Source: Candidatus Hydrogenedentota bacterium
GTDB lineage: Bacteria; Hydrogenedentota; Hydrogenedentia; Hydrogenedentales; SLHB01
Assembly: GCA_963668025.2 (NCBI GenBank)
Contig: CAXXTH010000023.1
Location: 386,225-450,224 of the forward strand
Direction: 5' to 3'
DNA length: 64,000 nucleotides
Shown: positions 49,640 through 58,034 of the stretch, in pieces
How the letters are laid out: each line of letters opens with the position of its first letter
How positions within the stretch are numbered: the first letter of the stretch is position 1
The notes under the pieces: generated by a model
What the model was told of the DNA's origin: nothing
Seen by the model: the letters and a program-made list of their open reading frames with translations, nothing else
Database searches by the model: none
Translations under genes and position numbers: made by a program

Positions 49640-50056
49640 ATGCGCTGCCGTTTATTGAGTATAATAGACGTAAAAGCAGAATGGGAAATTTGCCATCGTG
49701 TACGTGTGCTGGAGATTAATGGAAAATCTCTCGCACTTAATGAACTGTTAAAGCTGAAGCAAGATCATATCGAGGATTACAAGAAGATCATCAAGGTTAT
49801 GCGTTTGGTGGCGAAGCAAGAACGGGTTCGGAACGAGAACCACGTCAAACGAGGCCAACGGCATGGCGATATATATGAGATGCGAGGAGGCGCAGCCCGT
49901 CTTTTCTTCTTCTATACACCGGATGTTCAAGAGGCCGTTATATGCACAAATCTCTATTGGAAGGCCAAATCCAGTAAGCAAGAACAAAACCAAGCATTTG
50001 ATCTTTGCGAACGGTTTAGGAATATCTACCTGGTGGCGCTTATGCAAGGCACATGA
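49640..50056 (+). CDS. RelE/Gp49-like toxin
   Basis: 'DIYEMR..AARLFFFY....VICTN...K' RelE-fold pattern; upstream of an HTH gene. Confidence 0.75.
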   Translation: MRCRLLSIIDVKAEWEICHRVRVLEINGKSLALNELLKLKQDHIEDYKKIIKVMRLVAKQERVRNENHVKRGQRHGDIYEMRGGAARLFFFYTPDVQEAVICTNLYWKAKSSKQEQNQAFDLCERFRNIYLVALMQGT

Positions 50057-50074
50057 TTTGTAGCGGAGCTGATT

Positions 50075-50497
50075 ATGAAACGACAAATGACACATCAAGA
50101 GAGAACCATCCCTGAAAATTTACAGGACATACTAGCGGATGTGCCCGACTCGGCCGATACACTAGCCGAAATGCAAGTTATCGCTACGGATTTCGACGCC
50201 GATCCCGAATTTGTGGCGGATTATATGAAGTCACAATTTGTCGAAGACGTGCTGGAGGCCATGGCGGCTCAAGGCCTTAACCGGAATACTTTGGCTAAGA
50301 AACTAGGCAAATCGCGGCAATACGTTGGAAAAGTGTTGAACGAGACCTCGAATTTCACTTTCGAAACCGTCGCTGAGTTCGCTTGCGCCCTGGGTATGCA
50401 CGCTAGTGTGCGGATGTGTTATCCCCCCGAAGCCCCAAAGCACTTTGAAACAAATCGGCTAAGCCACCGGTATCAGTGTTTGCACCGCAGCCTCTAG
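50075..50497 (+). CDS. XRE-type HTH antitoxin
   Basis: LNRNTLAKKLGKSRQYVGKVLNETSNFTFETV. Confidence 0.8.
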   Translation: MKRQMTHQERTIPENLQDILADVPDSADTLAEMQVIATDFDADPEFVADYMKSQFVEDVLEAMAAQGLNRNTLAKKLGKSRQYVGKVLNETSNFTFETVAEFACALGMHASVRMCYPPEAPKHFETNRLSHRYQCLHRSL

Positions 50498-52174
50498 AGC
50501 CTCCCCAACGTGGTCATAGACAAGATCAAGCTGCCTTCCCCAACCGTCGGCGACATGAGCCGAGGTGATGCCCAGTTTTTTGGGCAGTTTGCTTTCTTCC
50601 TCTTTTTTGTGGTGCGCCGCAATGTTGCGTATATCATTCAATATAAATAAGAAAGCGATTGGAGAAGACAAGTGTTCACCAGGCTCTAGTTCGGCTAGTT
50701 TCTCACCATATCGTTCTCGTATGGAGAGGAAATCTCGCACAATATGTAGTCCCGTGTCATCAGCAATGCTTACAAACTGAAGTATGAGGTCAAGCAGCTT
50801 CAGCGTTCGGATTTTCTTAATCTCGTCAGGTCCAACGCCCCACTGGATGAGTAGACTTCGAAGATGCTTTTCATTTATATGTTCGATAACTAGTTTTGCT
50901 AGAAGTTCACAGCGATCTAGAAAGGCAGATCTTCCCATATCCAAAGGAATTCTACGAGTGATAGGCCTTATATCGTTATGATCATACCACCAAGTACTTT
51001 GTATAGTTTCTGCATCTAGACCAACTATATCTTTTGCCAAGCGGTATTCAGACATAGATTCCTTATAGAGCCTTGAGAGTGCGCCGCCGAGGGCCAGCAT
51101 CCCATCAATGATTCTTTTGGAGCGTGTCGCGACATTTGGCTCTTTGGGATTGAGTCCTGTCTGGGGTGAAGTCGTGTGCTTGTGCCAGTGTTGAATCACA
51201 TCGGAGTAACAGCCTTCGTACAACTTCCTAATCTCTACCGAAATGAGATCCCGTCCGATTCGGCGGCAGTATGAAACAGACCATTGGTTTATATAGGAAA
51301 CCCCTCCAGTGTCTGGATGCACACAATAGACATCAGGTCTATTTTCATATATATCGAGTACGGAGTCTTTTACATATACTACCTGCAACCCTGGTGGTAG
51401 CCAGCGCGTCGCTCTTGTCACTTGCTCATTGATCCCTGGCCAGTAGAGTGGAGGTGTGTCGTCAGTCATGATTGCGACCGAATTTGGCGTATAAAACAAT
51501 CGTATTCCCCAAAACTCAGCAATTATGCGGTCTGGATCCTCAGGAGCTTGCATAAATTGCACGTCTCGCCCTGGTAACTGAAAAGTCCCAAAATCATCTG
51601 CTGAGTAAGACATACCATGTTCATCCTGATTGGGAGCATCATTCCATTCGTACCACAGCACTATTATTGAACGGTTCTTTGCGTTTGCATATTTAAGAAG
51701 ATAATCGCGCCGTATCTGAACTCTAGCAAGACTTGGTTTGGGGTAAGCATAAGTAGACGTCGTGTTGTGTATTATAATGTTTCTTAATGGTCTAGTCAGG
51801 TCATCCCAATAGACGATGGAATCGACAAGGCGAGGAGTCAAGCTGAATTCTTGAAGAAAACGTTCAGTAGGAAGCTGCACCGTCACATTTGCCGCACCTT
51901 CCCAACGAACAACTAATGGTTCGAGATATTGTTGTTTCTCGGACAATTGAAGTCCACCAAAACCCAGATATGAAAAGCTCAATCGCTTGCTTTTTAAAAG
52001 TCTATCTGCAATCTCGGGCTTAACTAATGCCATATAAAAATCACGCGTAGATTCTTGTTTCGCGCCTTCTGAGATTTCCGCTACAGTTACCATATCATTG
52101 TCGAGGAAATCCATATTGGCGATGTGCTGGAGGGGAGTAGGCCACCATGAGTCTTCTTTTTGCTTCTTTGGCAT
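50459..52174 (-). CDS. Hypothetical protein with a C-terminal HEPN-like RxxxxH motif
   Basis: 571-aa AT-richer ORF; 'LNDIRNIAAH' in a helical C-terminal region. Confidence 0.65.
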   Translation of the reverse strand: MPKKQKEDSWWPTPLQHIANMDFLDNDMVTVAEISEGAKQESTRDFYMALVKPEIADRLLKSKRLSFSYLGFGGLQLSEKQQYLEPLVVRWEGAANVTVQLPTERFLQEFSLTPRLVDSIVYWDDLTRPLRNIIIHNTTSTYAYPKPSLARVQIRRDYLLKYANAKNRSIIVLWYEWNDAPNQDEHGMSYSADDFGTFQLPGRDVQFMQAPEDPDRIIAEFWGIRLFYTPNSVAIMTDDTPPLYWPGINEQVTRATRWLPPGLQVVYVKDSVLDIYENRPDVYCVHPDTGGVSYINQWSVSYCRRIGRDLISVEIRKLYEGCYSDVIQHWHKHTTSPQTGLNPKEPNVATRSKRIIDGMLALGGALSRLYKESMSEYRLAKDIVGLDAETIQSTWWYDHNDIRPITRRIPLDMGRSAFLDRCELLAKLVIEHINEKHLRSLLIQWGVGPDEIKKIRTLKLLDLILQFVSIADDTGLHIVRDFLSIRERYGEKLAELEPGEHLSSPIAFLFILNDIRNIAAHHKKEEESKLPKKLGITSAHVADGWGRQLDLVYDHVGEALEAAVQTLIPVA

Positions 52175-52331
52175 CGTAACGAATCTCCATCAACTTGCCT
52201 TAGGAACAGCAGGTACAATAGATATAGTAATCGATTAACATGAATTTGCACTATTTCATGTCTTTATCAGAAACGGAGATTCTACCCTGCGCCTCTTGCA
52301 CCTCTTGTGGCTAACAAAGAAAACCTCCCCT

Positions 52332-53720
52332 CTACTTCCCAATGCAGAAGCTTGAGAAAATGCGGTCGAGTACGTCTTCCGGCGTCGTCTCTCCTGTAAT
52401 CGCCCCGAGGGCGGTCAAGGCTTCCCGCAGGTCGATGCTGAGGAATTCGGGCGATGCGCCGTAGTGGCTGAGCAGACGCGCCAGGGCGTCTTGGGCGCGG
52501 CGGAGGCTGTCGCGCTGGTGGGCGCGGGTGACGAGGGCTTGTTCGACGGGGACGGCTGCGCCGCCCAACAACAGCCCGGCGATGGCGTCCTCGAGTGCGG
52601 CGAGGCCTTCCCCCGTTTTGGCGGACACGCGGACGCAAACGCGGGCTTGCTCCGCCCATCGAGGTGTTTCCTGGCCGGGATGCAGGTCCGTCTTGTTGAG
52701 CACAAGGACAAATGGCGCGCCCCGTTCGAGCAATTCCTTGGCGGGTTCGGCGTCTTCCGTCCACGGCGCATGGGCGGCGTCGAGGACGAACAGGATGGCG
52801 TCGGCGGATTGGAAGGCGTCGCGGGCGACGGCGATGCCTGCTTGCTCGACTTCATCCTCGGTGGCGCGCAGCCCGGCGGTGTCGGAAAGGCGCACGGGGA
52901 TGCCGCGAATATTGATGACTTCTTCGATAAGGTCGCGAGTCGTGCCGGGATGGGCCGTGACAATGGCGCGCGTATCGCGCAGTAGGGCGTTGAAGAGGCT
53001 CGATTTACCCACGTTGGGCCGCCCGGCGATGGCCACGCGCGCGCCCTCGCGCACAAGGCGGCCTGTCTCGGAGGTGCGCAGCAGCTCCGCGATGCGGGCT
53101 TGGCAGCCTTCGAGTTCTCCGCGCAGGGCGTCATCGACGAGTTCCGGCAGGTCGTCATCGGGAAAATCAATGGCGGCCTCGATGCGGGCCAATGCTCCGG
53201 ACAGCGTATCATGCAAGGTGTAAATAGCGCGGGACAGTTCGCCTTTCGCGGCGGATTCGGCGGCGCGCAAGGCGGCATGGGTTTGGGCGCGAATGCGGTC
53301 AATGACGGCTTCGGCCTGGACGAGGTCGATGCGGCCGTTGAGGAAGGCGCGCTTGGTGAATTCGCCCGGTTCGGCCAGGCGCGCGCCGTGCTTGAGCAGG
53401 AGCTCGAGCATGGCCTGGAGAGGCCCCGCGCCGCCGTGCCCGTTGATCTCGACGACATCCTCGCGGGTGTAGCTGTGGGGGGCGCGCATGACATGGACAA
53501 GGACTTCGTCGAGCGTTTCATCGCCATCGCGGATTACGCCATGAAACACACGCCCGGAGCCGCTCGATAACCGGCGGCCCCGGGTGGAGGTGAACACGTG
53601 TTCTACAATATCAATGGCCTTTGGGCCGCTGAGGCGGACAATGCCGATAGCTCCTTCGCCGGGCGGCGTCGAGATAGCAGCGATAGTGTCCTTATTTATC
53701 GTCGCCGGTGTTATCCTCAT
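52332..53720 (-). CDS. mnmE: tRNA modification GTPase MnmE
   Basis: DTIAAIST, SYTRED, GRPNVGKSS, DTAG, NKTD and FCIGK. Confidence 0.97.
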   Translation of the reverse strand: MRITPATINKDTIAAISTPPGEGAIGIVRLSGPKAIDIVEHVFTSTRGRRLSSGSGRVFHGVIRDGDETLDEVLVHVMRAPHSYTREDVVEINGHGGAGPLQAMLELLLKHGARLAEPGEFTKRAFLNGRIDLVQAEAVIDRIRAQTHAALRAAESAAKGELSRAIYTLHDTLSGALARIEAAIDFPDDDLPELVDDALRGELEGCQARIAELLRTSETGRLVREGARVAIAGRPNVGKSSLFNALLRDTRAIVTAHPGTTRDLIEEVINIRGIPVRLSDTAGLRATEDEVEQAGIAVARDAFQSADAILFVLDAAHAPWTEDAEPAKELLERGAPFVLVLNKTDLHPGQETPRWAEQARVCVRVSAKTGEGLAALEDAIAGLLLGGAAVPVEQALVTRAHQRDSLRRAQDALARLLSHYGASPEFLSIDLREALTALGAITGETTPEDVLDRIFSSFCIGK

Positions 53721-54942
53721 CGTCATCGAAGACATCCACTTCCTCGTCAAATCCTTCTTCGACGGCTACCGCGGTTTCTTCCACGCCCTCGCGTTTTTCC
53801 GCATACCGGTTATCGGGACGCGGCCCGGTCCGGCGGCGGGGGCGTTCATCTTTCGGCGCGATGATGACGCAACGAGAAGCGGCGCTGCCTACGCTGAACG
53901 TGCGCACATCGGGGTCTTCCTGCAAGGTGACGTGGATGATGCGGCGTTCTTGCGGGCTTAGCGGTTTGACGCGCACGCGGCGGCCCGTTTCCTTGGCGCG
54001 CTTGGCCATGCGCAAGGCCATTTCCTCGAGGCTGGCGCGGCGGCGCTCGATGTAGCCTTCGATATCGACCAGGATGCGCTCGGGCACATCGGTTTCTTCG
54101 TTCGAAGTGCGGATCATCCGGTTGATTAAGTATTGCAGGGCATGCAGCGTGCGCCCTTTGCGGCCTATCAGGATCGCGCTGTCTTCCGACTCGACGGCGA
54201 GCACCACGCTGCCTTCTTCATTCACATGGCTTGTGACTTTGGCCGTGATGCCCATGTGCAGGATCATCTCTTGCAGCAACTCGGACGCCGCAGTGATTTC
54301 CCCTTCGCCCAATGGCCGGCTTGGGATGGCGGGACGCGGCGTGGGCGCTTCGCGCGGTTCTTCATCGCGCCGGGCGTTCCGGTTGCCATTATCCCGGGTG
54401 CGAGGGCCTTGCGCGGGGCGCGGGCCGGGGCGTTCGCCCCGCCGGTCATTGGTGCGGCCTTGCGCACGCGGCGGCTCCCTGCGTTCGCCACGGTTTTCCG
54501 TGCGTGGTTCACTGCGGCTTTCCTGGCGCGGTTCATTCCTACTTTCCGTGCGAGGCTCGCTGCGAGGTTCATTCCGGCTTTCGCCTTGGACCGGCGCGGA
54601 TTCGCTTCGGTTCTCTGGGCGTCCCCGGCGTCCACCGCCGCGCCCGCCCCGGCGGCGTTCGCTGTCGTCACGTTCGCTTGTGGGAGAAGCGCTTTCGCGG
54701 GGTGTTTCGCGGGGGGCTTCACGCCGTGGCTCGCGAGGCGCACGCGGAGGCCGCACTTCCTCCGGTTCTTCCTTCTCGGAAGTCACTCGCAGGCACACAT
54801 CCCGGCGGCCTAAACCAAGAAATCCAGAGCTGCCTTCATCGAGAATCTCGACGGCTACTTCGTGGCGTTCGGCATGCAATTCCGCTAGGGCTTTCTGGAT
54901 AGCCTCCTCGCGTGTTTTGGCCTTTACTTCTATCGTTCGCAT
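53692..54942 (-). CDS. jag: Jag/EloR (KhpB) RNA-binding protein
   Basis: Jag_N, KH (IGRKGRTL) and R3H (ERRIIH) domains with a long R/E/P linker. Confidence 0.92.
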   Translation of the reverse strand: MRTIEVKAKTREEAIQKALAELHAERHEVAVEILDEGSSGFLGLGRRDVCLRVTSEKEEPEEVRPPRAPREPRREAPRETPRESASPTSERDDSERRRGGRGGGRRGRPENRSESAPVQGESRNEPRSEPRTESRNEPRQESRSEPRTENRGERREPPRAQGRTNDRRGERPGPRPAQGPRTRDNGNRNARRDEEPREAPTPRPAIPSRPLGEGEITAASELLQEMILHMGITAKVTSHVNEEGSVVLAVESEDSAILIGRKGRTLHALQYLINRMIRTSNEETDVPERILVDIEGYIERRRASLEEMALRMAKRAKETGRRVRVKPLSPQERRIIHVTLQEDPDVRTFSVGSAASRCVIIAPKDERPRRRTGPRPDNRYAEKREGVEETAVAVEEGFDEEVDVFDDDEDNTGDDK

Positions 54943-55053
54943 TATGTTTGACCTCCTTTGCTCCTCAGGGGAGCCTGCGCCCGTACCGCCCGGTTCCGTG
55001 AGGCGCTGGGCTCGATGGCCCGCGCCAGGATTCTCCGCGCGTTATCTCGTCCG

Positions 55054-56973
55054 TTACTTCGAGTCTTTGGCTCGAGCGGCGGGCTGCCGTTTGGCTTCTT
55101 TCAATTCACGCGCCATCTGGCGCTTGCGCGCCTGCGCCGCCGCATAAAAATGCTGCCGTTTCGCGGGCGTTTTTTTCACGGGTAATGGTTCTTCGTCTTT
55201 ATGCAAGGCGATGAGCTTGGTCTGAATAATACCGAGCAGCGAGCTAATCAAGATATACAGGTTCAGCCCTGCCGCCATGTTGTAGCAAAAAAAAGCCATC
55301 ATAAAGGGCATGATGGTCATCATGATTTTCTGCTGATCATTTTGGATTTGCCCGGAAGGCGTGAGTTTCATGCTCAACACGAGCGCCACCGCCCCGAGAA
55401 TCGGCAATATGTTCAAATACTCGAACATGGTGCCTGCTAAGGGCAGATTGATGCCTGCCATGAATGGCAAATGGATCAACCGGTCCGGCTGCGAGAGGTC
55501 GCTAATCCATTGGTAATTGCCGATATGGATGATCGAGAACGGCGCGCCGCGCAATTCGTACGAAGCCGCCAGCATGCGATAGAACGCGAAGAACACGGGC
55601 ATTTGGAGCATCATGGGCAGGCAGCCGCCCACGGGATTCACCCCGCGCTCGCGGTAGAGCTCCATCGTGCGCTTATTCAACTCTTCTTGATTGTCGCCGT
55701 ACTTCTCCTTGAGCTCCTTCATCAAGGGCCCAAGGCTTTGCATGCGTTTCATGCTCTTCATGCTTTTGAGCGTGAGGGGATACATGCAGACACGCACCAG
55801 AATGGTGACGAGGATGATGGCGATGCCGTAATTGGGAATGATGCCATAGAACCAGTTCATGATCCCGAGCATGAGCTTGGCGAACTTGTCCATGAAATCC
55901 CATGCCTGGGAGAACATGCGCACTACGGAGGGCAGGTCCGGCCAGGCGGTGGCTAAAAACGTGGGCTCGCTCGGGCCGATATAGAGGCGGAACGCGCGCG
56001 CGTCCGTGGCTTGAGGCTCGACACTAAAGCGAGGAGCGGCCACCCCAAAACGGAAGTTTTCCGGGGCGCCTTCCGCGATAGCCTGGGCGCCATCGAAATC
56101 GATGGGGCGCATGGCTACGACGAAATAGGCGCTCTTAAACGCCATCCACTCGACATTTTGCTCGTTGACCGGTTTGTCCTGTTTCAAGCTAGTCGTATTG
56201 AATGTGGTGTTTTTACCTTCTTTTCGACTGATGAATGAAGAAGGCACGATGCGGCTGTTGTCGCCGGTATTGACATTGGGGCCCCAATACAGCCAATAAC
56301 CGGGCGTGGTGTCGATGCCAAATTGGACCAGGGCGGTCTCCAGGTTCTGGTATTCCACCTCGATATTGACCACATGGGGGGTGTCGCCGAGGGTAATCCG
56401 TTTGACCACCTTGGCGAAGCCGGGCATATCGAGCGTGAACGTGGCGGATTGCCCGCCGCTGTCCAGCGATGCCTCGAACCGGCGCTTGTCGAGTTCACTG
56501 CTGAGTTCTTCGCTGCTGAATTGAAGCCCCAGCGGATACACTTGGTCCACATCCGTAAGGGGGGCAGCACCCGGTTTGATGGGTTGTTGCTGCACCGGCA
56601 CGACTTGCACTTCTTCATACTCGTAGCGGCGCAGTTTGATGAATGCCTGTTTCAGGCGCGCACCCACCCGGGTGAAGACCAGCCGCAGGGTGTCGTTTTC
56701 CAGAATGACCTCATCCGCGGATGGGTCTGTTTGCACCGCGACGGGGGGCAAAGGCAGTGCGCCAGCCAAAGACTCCGCTTGCGGCGAAGCGGACGTTGAT
56801 TCTTGCGGTGCGTTCTCCGTGGGCGCAGGCGTAGCCACGGCAGGCGGCTCTTGCACCGGCGCTGGCTTGGGGAGGAATATGAATGAAACCGCGAGCAGGA
56901 CCGTCATCAACACGATGGCGAGCATCTGGTTTCGTGCTACTGATTTATCTTGACCGTCATCCAACACCGTCAT
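55054..56973 (-). CDS. yidC: Membrane protein insertase YidC
   Basis: NYGIAII, NPVGGCLPM..QMPVF, ELRGAPF and AGLNLY. Confidence 0.96.
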   Translation of the reverse strand: MTVLDDGQDKSVARNQMLAIVLMTVLLAVSFIFLPKPAPVQEPPAVATPAPTENAPQESTSASPQAESLAGALPLPPVAVQTDPSADEVILENDTLRLVFTRVGARLKQAFIKLRRYEYEEVQVVPVQQQPIKPGAAPLTDVDQVYPLGLQFSSEELSSELDKRRFEASLDSGGQSATFTLDMPGFAKVVKRITLGDTPHVVNIEVEYQNLETALVQFGIDTTPGYWLYWGPNVNTGDNSRIVPSSFISRKEGKNTTFNTTSLKQDKPVNEQNVEWMAFKSAYFVVAMRPIDFDGAQAIAEGAPENFRFGVAAPRFSVEPQATDARAFRLYIGPSEPTFLATAWPDLPSVVRMFSQAWDFMDKFAKLMLGIMNWFYGIIPNYGIAIILVTILVRVCMYPLTLKSMKSMKRMQSLGPLMKELKEKYGDNQEELNKRTMELYRERGVNPVGGCLPMMLQMPVFFAFYRMLAASYELRGAPFSIIHIGNYQWISDLSQPDRLIHLPFMAGINLPLAGTMFEYLNILPILGAVALVLSMKLTPSGQIQNDQQKIMMTIMPFMMAFFCYNMAAGLNLYILISSLLGIIQTKLIALHKDEEPLPVKKTPAKRQHFYAAAQARKRQMARELKEAKRQPAARAKDSK

Positions 56974-57031
56974 GTACCCCGGTGGAGGGTGAGCCTGTAT
57001 TTATAGGAACGCCTGCCTGCGGAGGGCTTGC

Positions 57032-57241
57032 TCAGGGCACGGGGTCATAGCCACCTTTACAAAAAGGATTACACCGGAGAATACGCCATAACGTATACCC
57101 TAACCCTCGAACCGCACCATGTTTCCGCAAAGCCTCAATGGCGTACTGGGAGCACGTCGGGTAAAACCGGCAATTCGGGCCTAGCAGGGGCGAAATCATC
57201 CATTGATAAACCCGGATAAGGGCTATCAGCGCTCTAGCCAC
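57032..57241 (-). CDS. yidD: Membrane protein insertion efficiency factor YidD
   Basis: [11 protein letters not shown] and [15 protein letters not shown]; GTG start overlapping the rnpA stop. Confidence 0.93.
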   Translation of the reverse strand: MARALIALIRVYQWMISPLLGPNCRFYPTCSQYAIEALRKHGAVRGLGYTLWRILRCNPFCKGGYDPVP

Positions 57242-57623
57242 CCAGCAAGCCTCCCTTTCGAAGGAGCCGCTGTAAAGACTCACGGCATTGTTCGAAGGCC
57301 ATGCGAGCCGCCGCTGGGCGTGCAACCACTACCAAGTGAATATCTGGAGGAAGCTGTCCTCGATGCGTTCGATAAATTTCGCGCAGATATCGCTTCACCC
57401 GGTTTCGCACCACCGCACCGCCTACTTTCCGCGAGACCGTGCAACCGAATTTACGTCCTTCATGTTCCCGCCGGACCACATAGCAGACAAACGCGCCGCC
57501 CACTAGCTTGGCTCCCTTCTGATAGGCGGAGATAAATTCTGACTTCCGCCGAAGCCGCTCATTCGAGGGGAACGCATTGGGAGATCCCAGCCGGGGGCAG
57601 GTCCGGCACAACAGGCTTACCAC
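57234..57623 (-). CDS. rnpA: Ribonuclease P protein component
   Basis: ERLRRKSEF and [16 protein letters not shown]; start uncertain. Confidence 0.93.
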   Translation of the reverse strand: MVSLLCRTCPRLGSPNAFPSNERLRRKSEFISAYQKGAKLVGGAFVCYVVRREHEGRKFGCTVSRKVGGAVVRNRVKRYLREIYRTHRGQLPPDIHLVVVARPAAARMAFEQCRESLQRLLRKGGLLGG

Positions 57624-57674
57624 CTCCTGGTTAAGCGTAACTGGTTTAAATCGCTAGTTTTAACGAACACCGAG

Positions 57675-57809
57675 CTACGCGGACAAACGCTTGCGGCCTT
57701 TAGCGCGCCTGCGGCGAATCACATTGCGGCCGCCCACGGTCGCCATGCGAACAAGGAACCCATGATCCCGTTTTCTTTTAATCACTGAAGGCTGGTAGGT
57801 GCGTTTCAC
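57675..57809 (-). CDS. rpmH: 50S ribosomal protein L34 (bL34)
   Basis: Manual translation [44 protein letters not shown]; AGGAG RBS; not in ORF track. Confidence 0.96.
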   Translation of the reverse strand: MKRTYQPSVIKRKRDHGFLVRMATVGGRNVIRRRRAKGRKRLSA

Positions 57810-57911
57810 TGGTCACTCCTCGCTTGAATCTTGCTCAAACCAATAACAGCCATGCATCCATCGTTTTAATTCGTAAACACGGCTGCATTTCTCTACAAAG
57901 CGTAGTGGAGG

Positions 57912-57941
57912 AGTATATCTTAAGTTGAGCGCAACAGTCAA
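57912..57941 (-). promoter_or_regulatory. Sigma70 promoter of the rpmH operon
   Basis: Minus strand TTGACT-18 bp-TATACT. Confidence 0.6.
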
Positions 57942-58034
57942 ATTGCCCTTTCCGTATACTCCTCACCAACCCCTTCAATAACTGCTTGGACACCCGAGCC
58001 TCCACCGGATTCATATTTTCTCTGGCGAAGGCCC

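Noticed and set aside
52282-55147. Long alternative-frame ORFs (e.g. 52415-53527, 54074-55147)
   Set aside because: Shadows of GC-rich mnmE and jag with R/P/S-biased composition and no motifs
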